DNA from: Octopus sinensis
Lineage: Eukaryota
Assembly (NCBI RefSeq): GCF_006345805.1
Contig: NC_043005.1
Coordinates: forward strand, 10,106,001-10,170,000
Direction: 5' to 3'
Length of the DNA stretch: 64,000 nt
Below, piece after piece: positions 11,373 through 23,439 of this stretch (the stretch's first letter is position 1; every line of letters begins with the position of its first letter). Made by a program: the position numbers and the translations under genes. Under the pieces are notes generated by a model. That model ran no database searches. It worked only from the letters and a program-made list of their open reading frames with translations, and was not told where the DNA came from.

Positions 11373-13385
11373 ATGCTTGAAGATTACCACGTGTTTCAAA
11401 TGAATACAACAGCGTTCCTAAATAACAAAGAAAAATCGTCACAACTTTGCACTGTTTTTTAGAATTGACATACAAGAACATGAGTATTATGAAGGAATCT
11501 GATTATAAAAAGCTTCTGAAAAGTCGTGAATGATTCAGATAGCTGCGATTGAGTAACTCCTCAAGTCTGTTGTTCAGGATGGAGAAGGAAATATTTAGCG
11601 CTTGAGAGTTGTTCATTCTTCTACTCTAAACTAACACTTGTTAGCAATCTTGTAGCAAATATAAATTAGCCTCCTCACATCAGAAAGCCCCGACAAATCA
11701 GGAAAGTTTGTTGTCTCTAGCATTGCTTCAGACTGAAACTGGAACCAAAAGTGACGATATGGATGTAGGTGTATCGTCAAAAGTAACCGCTGATTGTCAC
11801 ACGCTGATGACGGATCAATACCCAGAAACTCGAGTCCGTGTGTATCATAGGTTGAAGACGGGAAGGATGGCTTCCCTTTGCAAAAACTGATAGGGCACAG
11901 AAAGTGTGTCAATAGCCAGCTGGAAGAGGTGTCCTCCTGGGGCTACAAGCTACAGTAGCATCCACCCTTAGGGGTTAGCCATAGTCAAGTGGCAAATATA
12001 CTTCACGATGTCGTGCAACTACAGTTTATACCTCGCTCAGAGATTTATTATTGCTTTCAAAACTAAGAATGTTATTGATTTAAGATGAAACTCAAAATTA
12101 TTCATATAAACGGTCAACGGTGTGCTCAAAGCATTTTGTATAATTACTATAATTTCATTTCCATAAGTGTTTACTTATTTCGGTATTGTTTTGCTTGTGA
12201 ATGTATTAATAATAGTTTTAGGAGCTTCGTATGTGTTTATATATAACTCTTTTTCGTTTGGCATAAAATAAACTTCTTAAATGCAAGTTAGAATTATGAT
12301 ACCGTGTTTCTAGTTTGATTACCATAATAGGATTCGGCTAGAATTGTAAAGAATACTGGATATATGGGCGTCAATTATTGATTTGCTCTGGGCGCCACCG
12401 ACCCTAGATACGCCTCTGTTTTTAAGTGATGTAAACAGCTTCGGATAAAAGACATTAGTATGGCCTTGTGAAATCCTATACTAAAAGATATCTCATTATT
12501 TACCATATGTTTGGTTGAAATCTTCAATTGTATGACAATAGCCGTGTAATAGTCTTTATATTGCTTATTTTCATCATTTTATTTCCATTTTAATCACTCG
12601 ATCAATAACACAAAATTAAATGCGCTCTCCTTTTTTGTCTGTTTACTCTCTCTCCTCCCTCTCGTTCTCTCTGTCCATTTCTCCTTCTCTCAATCATTAA
12701 ACATCTTTTTCCCTTTTTTATATCCACATCTCTTTCTAAAATTCTGTGATCATAATTTCGACAAGTTCCTTTAAACTTTTAATCTAATCTTTAGACTAAA
12801 TGTCAAGAACATGGTGATATTTCATTGTGTTGCGTAAACATAGAAAAACAAATGTCATCTGTCAACCATTTATGTGTAACTAATCTTGGTATTTCTGCAG
12901 AAGGTACGGAAAACTCAGAACTAATATATACAATACCAATAAAAGAAAAATAATGTTTTTAAATATCCGCCCCCAATTCCCTAAAATGTAAAAATAAGCA
13001 ACACAACTCTTTTATCTATAAAGAAAATAAACAAGCATAATATATCATAAAAAATAATGAACTTATTACTTGTTATTGTCAATAAAATTTTTATAATCAA
13101 TAGTCACATTACTATATCTCCAAGATGTTTCCTATTTCAATAATATCATTTTTTTACTTCCACTTCGATAAATATTTTGAAAATGTCACAGCAATTTTAG
13201 AATTAAAATCAAATTTCCAATAAAAGAAAAGTGAAAGAAAAATTAATAGAACAGTTAATGGCTATCATCCTATTTAAGTGCATACTTTTCTAATATTATA
13301 CATTATAAATCTCTTATACATAAATACACAAATGCATGCATGTATATACACACACACATATATATGTATATATACAGATATATGC

Positions 13386-13430
<45 letters not shown>

Positions 13431-13558
13431 ATATAAATATATGTATATATATATACATACATATATATCTATACACACATATATCTATATGCATTACCTA
13501 CCTAGATATATATGTATGCATGTATGTATGTACGTATGTATCGATCTATCTATCCATT

Positions 13559-13635
<77 letters not shown>

Positions 13636-13683
13636 ATATATAAAAGTACGTATATTGTAACATAGTTATTCGTCATTAATTAT

Positions 13684-13946
13684 TGTAGTATCGTCACTAT
13701 TTATCCCAATACTTGTTTACTCTATAACCGTGTAGTAACAATAAAACATATAACGAAGCAGGGTTAAAACAACGTAACAATCCAACAATCTCTCCACGAA
13801 TTTTACACGGACCGACAAACTGCCAAAACGACACCTTACGACATCCTGCGATTGACGCTGTCTCTCACTCAGACCGTTACTATTTATAGTCGTTCGGTCG
13901 GACGAGTCTATTTTCAGAGGTGGGTGTCGTGACTCTCGACACAACA
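13684..13946 (-). mobile_element. Gypsy-type 3' LTR (263 bp)
   Basis: Minus strand TGTTGTG...TACTACA (TG...CA); polypurine tract AAAAGGGGAGA immediately upstream (13947-13957); TATAAATA inside; lies downstream of the integrase remnant on the same strand. Confidence 0.75.
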
Positions 13947-13994
13947 TCTCCCCTTTTCAGATTTCGACTTCCGTAGGAAACGAAATTTATTTTA

Positions 13995-14412
13995 TTTACT
14001 CTTTTTTACTCTTTTACTTGTTTCAGTCATTTGACTGCGGCCATGCTGGAGCACCGCCTTTAGTCGAGCAAATCGACCCCGGGACTTATTCTTTGTAAGC
14101 CCAGTACTTATTCTATCGGTCTCTTTGGCCGAGCCGCTAAGTGACGGGGACGTAAACACACCAGCATCGGTTGTCAAGCAATGCTAGGGGGACAAACACA
14201 GACACACAAACACACACGCACATACATATATATATATATACATATATGTGACGGGCTTCTTTCAGTTTCCGTCTACCAAATCCACTCACAAGGCTTTGGT
14301 CGGCCCGAGGCTATAGTAGAAGACACTTGCCCAAGATGCCACGCAGTGGGACTGAACCCGGAACCATGTGGTCGGTTAGCAAGCTACTTACCACACAGCC
14401 ACTCCTGCGCCT
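13995..14412 (-). mobile_element. SINE family A inserted in the Gypsy 3' UTR
   Basis: Full head-to-tail match to family A. Confidence 0.9.
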
Positions 14413-14475
14413 ATTATTTATTATTCTTTCTTTCCAACACCTTTCCCTTTTTGAAATTTTGCTTCCCTAGGTATT

Positions 14476-15751
14476 TCAGTATCTTTTCCGGTTAGGAATT
14501 ATTTCTATATGTTCAGCCTGTTTACGTTTTCTGTTACTGCTCCTTCTAGGCCCAATCTCTTTCGGTACTGGCACATCGAACATATTGGAATTTCCTTCCT
14601 TTCTACCGTATGTCCGATATTTAATTGATTTAGGTGTCGTTTATGCTCTCTTCATTGGCCTTTTATTAAGTACATCATGTTTCCAATACTTCTAGTCACT
14701 ACACCATCCTGCCAACTCTCTTTGGTTGGCATCCTTTTTGTCTCGGGAGACAATGGAGTTGCGCATAAAGTAGTCTAGTCCGGCTTTTACATTTCATGTG
14801 AGACTTGGAAGTGAGACTTGGACGCTATACACACGCCAAGAGCGTCGCCTAAACATCTTTCACCTGCGCTGCCTCCGGAAAATCCTCCGCATCAAATGGC
14901 AGAACCATATCCCCAACAAAGATGTCCTCAGGCAAGCAGGAATACCAAGCATGTTTGCACTCCTCACACAAAGACGTATGAGATGGCTTGGGCATGTTAG
15001 CCGTATGAAAGATGGCAGAATCCCCAAGGACAACTCTCTTTACCGTTCTTTTATACTTTGAAATGAACTTTGTCTCAGACAACAAAATGTTCAATTGAAT
15101 TTTTTTGTATTTTCTATATACGCTTTTTCCTTTGCCAACAATTTGTCGAAGATCGATTTAATCTTTCGAGGGAACATTAGCTCCGCAGGTGATTTGCCTG
15201 AACTGGGACTCGGATTGGGTGTTATTCTGAAAACCCTTAAGAATTTAGTTAATGCTTCGTCATTTCCTAACTTGCTCTTTGCTTCTTTTTTTTAGCGCTC
15301 TCTTGAAATTATCTACGAAGCGTTCTGCTTGTTCATTTAACCTCGGGTGGTTGGGCGGAGTAAACATGTACACGATTGCATGCATTTTGCAGAATTTCTT
15401 GAACTCGTATTCTGTAAATTGTGTTCCATTGTCCGATACTATGATGTCGGGAACATTGTATCGAGCATAAACTTCATGCAGGAACTGTAGTGTTGCTTTC
15501 GAGGTAGATTGCCTGCACTTACATACTTGCGGCCACTTGGTAAAGCTATCAAAATTGATCGACTAGTACGCGCCATTCACTTGTTATGTACCGTGGACCA
15601 CTGACTATCCTTTCAGGCCACGATTGGTATTTCACTGGTGGTGCCTTGGCTGCTGGCGCACAACCTCTACATGATTTTACCAAATTTTCAATGTCCCTGT
15701 CCATAGTCAGCCAGTACAAGTAAATCCTCGTCAAAGCTTTAATTCTTGACA
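14476..15751 (-). pseudogene. Ty3/Gypsy integrase remnant (partial HHCC zinc finger, core, C-terminal part) with frameshifts
   Basis: Peptides MSRIKALTRIYLYW...CRGC, DSFTKWPQV, VPDIIVSDNGTQFT, HPRLNEQAERFVDNFKRALKK, GKSPAELMF, WQDGVVTRSIGNMMYLIKG..HKRHLNQL; interrupted by an RTE fragment. Confidence 0.88.
14724..15030 (+). mobile_element. RTE-clade LINE fragment inserted in the Gypsy integrase
   Basis: SETWTLYTRQERRLNIFHLRCLRKILRIKWQ...RRMRWLGHVSRMKDGRIPK is typical RTE post-RT sequence; 11-bp duplication CAACTCTCTTT at 14713-14723 and 15031-15041. Confidence 0.85.
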
Positions 15752-17344
15752 TCCCCTCCAGTGATTCTTGTCGTCATCGTGATCGTTTTCTCTTGGAATA
15801 TCTTTTCGCATCAAAAGAATTATATTGGCAAGTGTTTTACTCAGGACAGTTCTAATCAAGCTAGATAGGCCTGAAATGTCAGTTTGATTGTCATGCAATA
15901 TATATTTTGCCTTTAAAGCGGCGAGCTGGCAGAAACGTTAGCACGCCGGACCGAAATGCGTAGCCGTATTTCGTCTGCCGTTCTGAGATCAAACTCCATC
16001 GAGGCCATTTTTGCCTTTCATCCTTTCGGGGTTGATAAATTAAGTACCAGTTACACACCGGGGTCGATGTAATCGACTTAATCCGTTTGCCTGTCCTTGT
16101 TTGTCCTCTCTGTGTTTAGCCCCTTGTGGGTAACAAAGAAATATTTATTTCGTCTGCCGTTACGTTCTGAATTCAAATTCCGCCGAGGTCGACTTTGCCT
16201 TTCATTCTTTCGGGGTCGATAAGTACCAGTTGCGTACTGGAGTCAATCTAATCGACTAGCCTCCTCTCCCAAAATTTTGGGCTTTGTGCCTAGAGTAGGA
16301 AAGAATATATATTTTGCCTCTTCCTGTTCAAAGATCTTGAACAGGAACCTCCACTTAATGGGTTGGAAATCGAAGAAAGAAGCGTTTGTAATGTCTTCAG
16401 TGTAGCTACTGTCAAAATTGGTGCTAAATCGGCCTTCATCAAAAGCACTTTTGTAGTCGCCATCGCTGTTTCCTGAATAGCAGGAATGACTCTGATGCTA
16501 CAGCAATATATAGTCAGGCTGGCTTATAAAAAAGCTATAGGCGTTGTTTCCCTAGGATCTGGACTTACTGCACAGCAGTTATTTGCGTTAAATAAGCCTG
16601 TTGACCATTTCTCAAGTGGACAGAAAGCTGCTGAATGTTATGATATCTACGTATATGTAATCTATCAGAAAGCCTTGTTGTTTCTGAGGAATTTTTTATT
16701 GATAGACTTGGGAAAATTCATCGCATCTGCCTTTGCTTGCGACAGAGTAATTACTGTTGCGTCAGGTCCCTTGCTGATAAATTTTCTGGGATATTTGAAT
16801 TGCAGTGCTGGGTATTGATTAAGTTTTAAATATTTTTGCAGAAGTGGTCTGTTAGAACTATACATCCATTTAAATGTTGTACTGCCCAACCAAAGTTTGG
16901 CATCGTTCATTCTTTGATGCTCTCCTTCTGTAAGACGGATATATCTCTTTCTGTTAGAAGGATAAATTCATATTTAGAAACCATGTCAAATTGCTTGCAT
17001 GTAAAAACCTGCAGGCATTTTTTGTGTTTACAAACACACATTCTTCAGCCCATTATTCATGGAAACAACTTCTATAGCGGGTTTTTTTGAAGAAACTACA
17101 TTTAGTTGTGACCGTAATCTGAACGGGCATCCACGAAATTAGCGTTCCCGTTCAAATTAATTAAAATTGCTGTTATGTGAAGTCAGTGTGTGACACTGGG
17201 TTTTCACCTTAATCAGCTCTTCATTAATCAAGACTTCTGCTTTCACTTTCACTTTCATACAGAAATCTGGAGGAAAAGGGAGAGAAAAGCAAAATGAAGG
17301 AGGTGCCAAAAGTATTAAAGTGGTAGTGAGATAAAGAAAAAGAT
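15752..17344 (-). repeat. Right (derived) arm of the inverted segmental duplication
   Basis: Reverse complement of 8964-11306; its inner end cuts the Gypsy integrase frame. Confidence 0.92.
15913..16303 (+). mobile_element. SINE family B, duplicated copy with two anchor units
   Basis: Same 16-bp TSD (AATATATATTTTGCCT at 15897-15912 and 16304-16319) as the 10012-11145 copy. Confidence 0.9.
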
Positions 17345-17527
17345 ACAAGAAATAGAGAGTGACAGAGTTAGAGAGAGAGAGGGGGGAGAGGGGGAGAGGT
17401 GGATGCCGGAGATTAAGCGATAAGAAAGAAGAAAATGTAATGAGACTGAGAAACAGATGGACAAAAAGAAGAAAAAGAGAAGCAATAGAAGTAGGAAAGC
17501 TTTTAGTGAGGAAAAGGAAGAGGGATA

Positions 17528-17728
<201 letters not shown>

Positions 17729-18283
17729 TGCCCTGATGCAGTAGCAGGCAGTAGCTCTCATGGCTTCTGATCTTAACTGATTGGAAGTGTTATCATGTAC
17801 ATTGCTTTGTCTTGGTATAAAAGATGGGCTACAGCAAATATTCTGCTCAATACCACAGATTTGCTTGTCAGTTGTTTGATCTTAACCAGTTGAGCATGTC
17901 CCTTAGTGGCTGACGATATGTGCATCTCTGATCACGAGCAGAAGTAGTGGGGGAGCATCATAGCCATGTGTTGAGAGGGATTCTTTGGGGTTTGAATAGT
18001 TCACCTCTGGAAACATGGGTGGTTCTTTCAACATCCTTAAACAACCCTTATTCAGGGACCTTTTGAGCGGGATGGGTTACTCGACCTGAAGAAAATTCTG
18101 ACTGGGCCCCACCTGCAAGGTCATGTGCTGTTTATCTTGATATGAGATCACCATGTCGCGCACATATGGTTGTGATGCATGTGCCTGGTGTACCCTTATC
18201 AGACGGGTAGTCATGATGGGTATATTGGGCTTCGTATATTTTACCCCAGTGTCACTTTGATGGCATGCACTGCTCTCTCACTC
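17729..18283 (+). mobile_element. Interspersed retroposon-like repeat embedded in (AAT)n
   Basis: Flanked on both sides by (AAT)n; a diverged fragment recurs at ~42770-42880; no ORF; strand inferred from the (AAT)n tail. Confidence 0.5.
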
Positions 18284-18330
<47 letters not shown>

Positions 18331-18519
18331 TAATAATATACACTGATTCAACTCTGTGGTGTCAGCTACGGGTTGTGATGCTATATCAAACTGAAAGAGG
18401 TGGAGTAGATAACTACACACACACACACACAAACTTTCTCAAAATTATAATGCATTTACATATATGTATGTGTGTGTAAATGTATGAACGAATATATATA
18501 CGTATGTATATATATATAT

Positions 18520-18705
18520 AACGGGAATGTTTACGAAAATAAACAAAAGACGAAGGCAGGTGGAGTACAAACAAACAAATGTATTAGTATGGCGCTCAGG
18601 AATAGAAATAAAACAAGTCTTTTACGTTTCGAGCCTACGCTCTTCGACATAAAGATACACAGAAAAGAAACAAGGAGAGAAACAAGGAGAGAAAAAAATG
18701 CGTGT
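18520..18705 (-). mobile_element. Short element of the GAGC-GTAG-GCTC-GAAA family (degenerate hammerhead)
   Basis: Matches 63140-63310 and 44960-45110; core mutated to ATGTCGA. Confidence 0.55.
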
Positions 18706-19239
18706 AGGAGCTAATATATATGGATATATATTCAGAAATGGAGAGAGAGAGAGAAGAGGGAGAGAGAGAGACAAGGAGAGGGAGAGAGAGACAAGGAGAA
18801 GGAGAGAGAGAGAGAGAGAAACTATTTTCAATCAATTGACTTTTATCACCGGACTGTTTCACAATGCATCTTTCTATAATTTTAGTTTTTCTTTGCGCAA
18901 ATTGGCAACTCGAATGAAAAGATAAAAGAGAAAGGAACTATTTAAATCTATATTATGCTGTAATATAATTATAATTCTTCTTTATCATTTAACTTCATTA
19001 CTCAATTTAAGTTTATTATCTAAATTTTATAGTTTCGTATTATTTACTTTTATTTATGTATGATTAAATAAAAAGTAAACCACGACTTTATGAGCCACTT
19101 TAAAAATATGGAACAAAACAAATGTCACAATTGTCCTTTGCGGCTTCGTTATAAGCCGTTTTTCTAATACCTCAATCTTAGCCGTATTTTATTATTCAAT
19201 TTGGAACTTTGATATATACATAAACATGGATGCGTTTGA

Positions 19240-19364
19240 TATATAAACATGTGCGTGTGTGTGTGTGTGTGTGTGTGCTTGTGGGTGTGAGTATGTGTGT
19301 GTGTGAGTGTGTGTATGGGTGTGTGTGCGTACAGAGAGGGAGAGAGAGAAAGAGAGAGATTTAT

Positions 19365-19405
<41 letters not shown>

Positions 19406-19697
19406 TGTGGGTTTGAGTATGTGTGTGTGAGTGTGCGTATGGGTGTGTGTGCGTACAGAGAGGGAGAGAGAGAAAGAGAGAGATTTATGTGTGAGAGTGT
19501 TTTTACTCGAACATATATACACATATACACACATATACACACATGCACACACACATACAAACATAAACATGATATATAAGCATGTGCGTGTGAGTATGTG
19601 TGTGTGTGTGTGCTTGTGGGTGTGAGTATGTGTGTGTGAGTGTGTGTATGGGTGTGTGTGCGTACAGAGAGGGAGAGAGAGAAAGAGAGAGATTTAT

Positions 19698-19736
<39 letters not shown>

Positions 19737-19819
19737 TGTGGGTTTGAGTATGTGTGTGTGAGTGTGTGTATGGGTGTGTGTGCGTACAGAGAGGGAGAGA
19801 GAGAAAGAGAGAGATTTAT

Positions 19820-19859
<40 letters not shown>

Positions 19860-20030
19860 CTTGTGGGTTTGAGTATGTGTGTGTGAGTGTGTGTATGGGT
19901 GTGTGTGCGTACAGAGAGGGAGAGAAAGAAAGAGAGAGATTTATGTGTGAGAGTGTTTTTACTCGAACATATATACATACACATATACACACATGCACAC
20001 ACACATACAAACATTATGTGTATATATATA
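19240..20030. repeat. Higher-order minisatellite built from microsatellites (~123-bp units)
   Basis: Anchor GCGTACAGAGAGGG at 19327, 19451, 19660, 19782, 19907. Confidence 0.9.
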
Positions 20031-20298
20031 TATATATATTTTATTTATGCTAATGTGTGTGTGGGCGGGCTTGTGTGAGAATTTGTATACAGAGAGAGAA
20101 CGAGAGAGTGTAACAGAGATAGTTACATCTTCATTTTCAAAAAGGATATATTTTAAATGGAAATATAAATCCATGATCTAAAATAGTAACCCGTAAAATT
20201 TGGCACCTGTGGTCCGTACTCTACCTGCCGAATTCTAGAAACCTTACAGCTTAATTTACAACTTTGGCACAATGTTCTACTTCGGTGTGTCGAATCGA

Positions 20299-20764
20299 GG
20301 GATCTTTTCGATTTGAAAGGCAGTTTTATTTAGCGGTGTCATATGAAATTGTCACCCATAATTTTGACCCTAATAACGATCTGTTGCATTTCAATCTGTT
20401 TTAGGGTTAGGGTTAGTCAGGGTTAGTTACGGTTAGTTAAGGTTAGGGTTAGGGTTAGGATTAGGGGTGGGGGGAAGGGTATCTTTTTTCTTCACAAATG
20501 TAAATAAACCCAATCTGTTTCTTAAACGAGGGACATATTCATACGGCACAGAATGTTTTTTACCTCAATACACGTAATTGATTGGTTGAAATTGCAGAAA
20601 TTGAAGAAAAAAGACAACAAATATCTTACAAACCATAGAATTTTCTCAATAAAGTCAAGAGAAAAAGATGTTTTATAAACACATTCTACCAGTATACGAA
20701 GTTTAAAATTTTTTAGTTACTTAGAAATTATGTTAAAAACTGCCGTTCAAACCGAAAAGATCCC
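20299..20764. mobile_element. Non-autonomous TIR element with an internal TTAGGG-like array
   Basis: 29-bp TIRs GGGATCTTTTCG(A/G)TTTGAA(A/C)GGCAGTTTT with 2 mismatches; degenerate TTAGGG repeats at 20401-20466. Confidence 0.75.
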
Positions 20765-20876
20765 AGTCGAGTAAATAACTGATACTTTTCTTATTCCCTG
20801 TACCTTGATAAGCAAATCTGCAGAAGTAAAGATCCGTTTGTATTTTCTTGTTTTATTTATTTATATATATATATAT

Positions 20877-20903
<27 letters not shown>

Positions 20904-20907
<4 letters not shown>

Positions 20908-21070
20908 TTACCCTGCGCGCATAAGCGAAATCAGGGTATTGTAATCAATTGCCTTTGTCTGTCTGTGTGTTTGCAAAATTACTAAAAAAAAGCCGAACGG
21001 ATTTTCACCACATTTGATAGAAATACTCATTGGTGAGTGACTCGAAATGATGAAAATTTGGTTTGATTAT
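20904..21070 (+). mobile_element. Possible Helentron-associated (HINE/DINE-like) element fragment
   Basis: TTATTACCCTG...CAGGGTATTG short hairpin followed by GTCTGTCTGTGTGTTTG, the usual HINE end layout. Confidence 0.35.
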
Positions 21071-21639
21071 CTTCAAACATATATAAATACATACATAGAT
21101 ATGTGACTCTGTGTGTGTGTGTGTGTATGTGTGTGTGTTTGTGTGTGTATGTGTGTGTGTGTATGTATGTGCATGTGTATGCGCGCACGCGTGTGTGTGT
21201 ACCACGATGGATTCGAGGGTTTCGTTTATTTACGAGACGATTTCTTAATTTCACCGGAGTATAAATACCTATAATGGTGATATTTAAAAAAATAAAATAA
21301 AATAAAATAAATAATAATAAAAATCGAACTTGCAAATTTCCCGATAAGCATATTATCTATATCCTACACCGAACTAAAGTACGTTTTACTCACTTGCAAT
21401 TATTGAACGACGTTCAAAACACTTAAATTCTATGCAATATTTTCTATAAGTAATACATTTTGTTTGCTTTCTTTTTCATAATTATGATTATTATTTCATT
21501 CAGTTCAATTAAAAAGCAACGGATTCTAAGCCGCACAATAATTTGTGAAAAAAAAATGTATCTGCTCTCAGGGTATGCATCGTCCCTCCGGTGTCTTTTA
21601 CTCATTTATTAGTTTCGATGAGTATAACTGTCTATAGTC

Positions 21640-21960
21640 CTTACAAACGGTCTGTGACTGGTTTAAGGAAGAGTTTAAGGAAGAGTTTTCATAGGAATCA
21701 ATTTTGGATTCGTGATATTGATGATGTAAGGAAGATTGATAGTTGAGTTCATGGAACTGGATATGTACTCAGTAAGTGCAGAAAAGCTTAGGTCATTGAA
21801 GATTTTGCAAAATGGGCAGAGTGAGCAGACAGGTAGATTGTACGATTGTCAGTTTAAAGTTTGTAGCTTGTTAGTGAATGCTTGTTTGTTCAGTGGGGCA
21901 GGATTTAAGAATAATTGGAGAGAAGTAGAGTTGGGGGACATTGCTAATTTATTGCAACTG
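21640..21960 (-). mobile_element. Highly degenerate CR1/Jockey-group LINE C-terminal remnant
   Basis: Minus-strand FCKIFNDLSFSALTEYI...SYENSS resembles the C-terminal end of CR1/L2-type ORF2. Confidence 0.35.
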
Positions 21961-22097
21961 ACAATGTATTTTCACTTTTCTTACTGCCTTAGTCGAGAGT
22001 AAGGAGCTAGAAAACAATCCATCTGAAAGGGAGAAAAAGGGGGGAAAAAGTAGTGTTGACCCTTTGGTCTGGAAAGTGTTTCTCATTATATTTTTCC

Positions 22098-22510
22098 CAG
22101 GAGTGGCTATGTGGTAAGTAGCTTGCTAACCAACCACATGGTTCCGGGTTCAGTCCCACTGCGTGGCATCTTGGGCAAATGTCTTCTGCTATAGCCCTGG
22201 GCCGACCAATGCCTTGTAAGTGGATTTGGTAGACGGAAACTGAAAGAAGCCTGTCGTATATATGTATATATGTATGTATGTGTGTGTGTTTGTGTGTCTG
22301 TGTTTGTCCCCCTAACATCACTTGACAATCGATGCTGGTGTGTTTACGTCTCCGTAACTTAGCGGTTCGGCAAAAGAGACCGATAGAATAAGTACTGGAC
22401 TTACAAAGAATAAGTCCCGGGGTCGATTTGCTCGACTAAAGGCGGTGCTCCAGCATGGCCGCAGTCAAATGACTGAAACAAGTAAAAGAGTAAAAGAGTA
22501 AAGAGAGTAA
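22098..22510 (+). mobile_element. SINE family A
   Basis: Head-to-tail match. Confidence 0.9.
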
Positions 22511-22649
22511 CCAATCAACAACGTCATTTTTCCGCTTTTCTTCACTTTCAGGTAGGAAGCTCCTATGTTTCACTCCATCAGTCACAAATAGGGGTCAAAT
22601 GACTTTTATACAATTCGCCATTGTCTTTAACGTTCTCAGAGAAGAAATA

Positions 22650-23031
22650 TATGATGATGATGACGATGATGATGTCGACGACGATGATGGTGTTGGTAGT
22701 GGTGGTAGTGGTAGTGGCAGCGGCAATGGTAGTTGCGGTGACGGTTGTAAATGGGTGACTGTGGTGGTACACGGATGAGAGGGGCGATTATTGGTGGTGG
22801 TGGTGGGGAGAATGATGAGATTAAATATCGCCACGACGACGACGGCAACGATGATGGTGACGCTGATGACTAAAATGATGATGATGATGATGGTAGAGAT
22901 GATGATGATGATGCTGATGATTTTAAGGAGGAGGCAGAGGAGGATCAGGGGGAGTATACTGGCGCTGGTGATGATGGTGATGACACTGATGACTATAATG
23001 ATGATGATGATGGTTGAGATGATGATGATGA

Positions 23032-23064
<33 letters not shown>

Positions 23065-23065
23065 T
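22650..23065. repeat. Complex (GAT/GGT)n tract, copy 1 of a duplicated module
   Basis: Shares unique interruptions with 26960-27350. Confidence 0.85.
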
Positions 23066-23439
23066 AAGTAACATTAAGTAACATAATCGAAGATAAAAAT
23101 GTCAGGATGGTCAAAGCTGGAGCGCTTTTCACAATAAATCTGCTCCCATCCACTTCTTCACACTCTCAAGCGAAAAGCAAAGACAGAGATATTCATGGTT
23201 TTTAGGCACGGGGTACTTCGTTCAGCGAACATAATATATTATAAAAGCACGTAAATACGCTTATCAACAAACCATTAATATTTACCTGCCAGCTCCAGGA
23301 ATGCGTTTAACATGTAAATTGGTATATCCATTAATTTAACGCCGCTCTATGCAGGGATTATAAAAGCAATGTGTTCGGAGGCGAGAATGGGCTATCTGGG
23401 TGCTGATGAAATGGAACGCCCCCCCCCCCCCCGAAATAT

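Noticed and set aside
11430-12420. Possible hAT transposase C-terminal remnant with a CAGAGGCGTATCTAGG-type end
   Set aside because: It needs several frameshifts and only one terminus is visible, so it is too degenerate to call
8964-17344. The inverted arms as long TIRs of one giant transposon
   Set aside because: There is no TSD or terminal motif, the interior is a mix of unrelated host and TE sequence, and one arm truncates a Gypsy ORF
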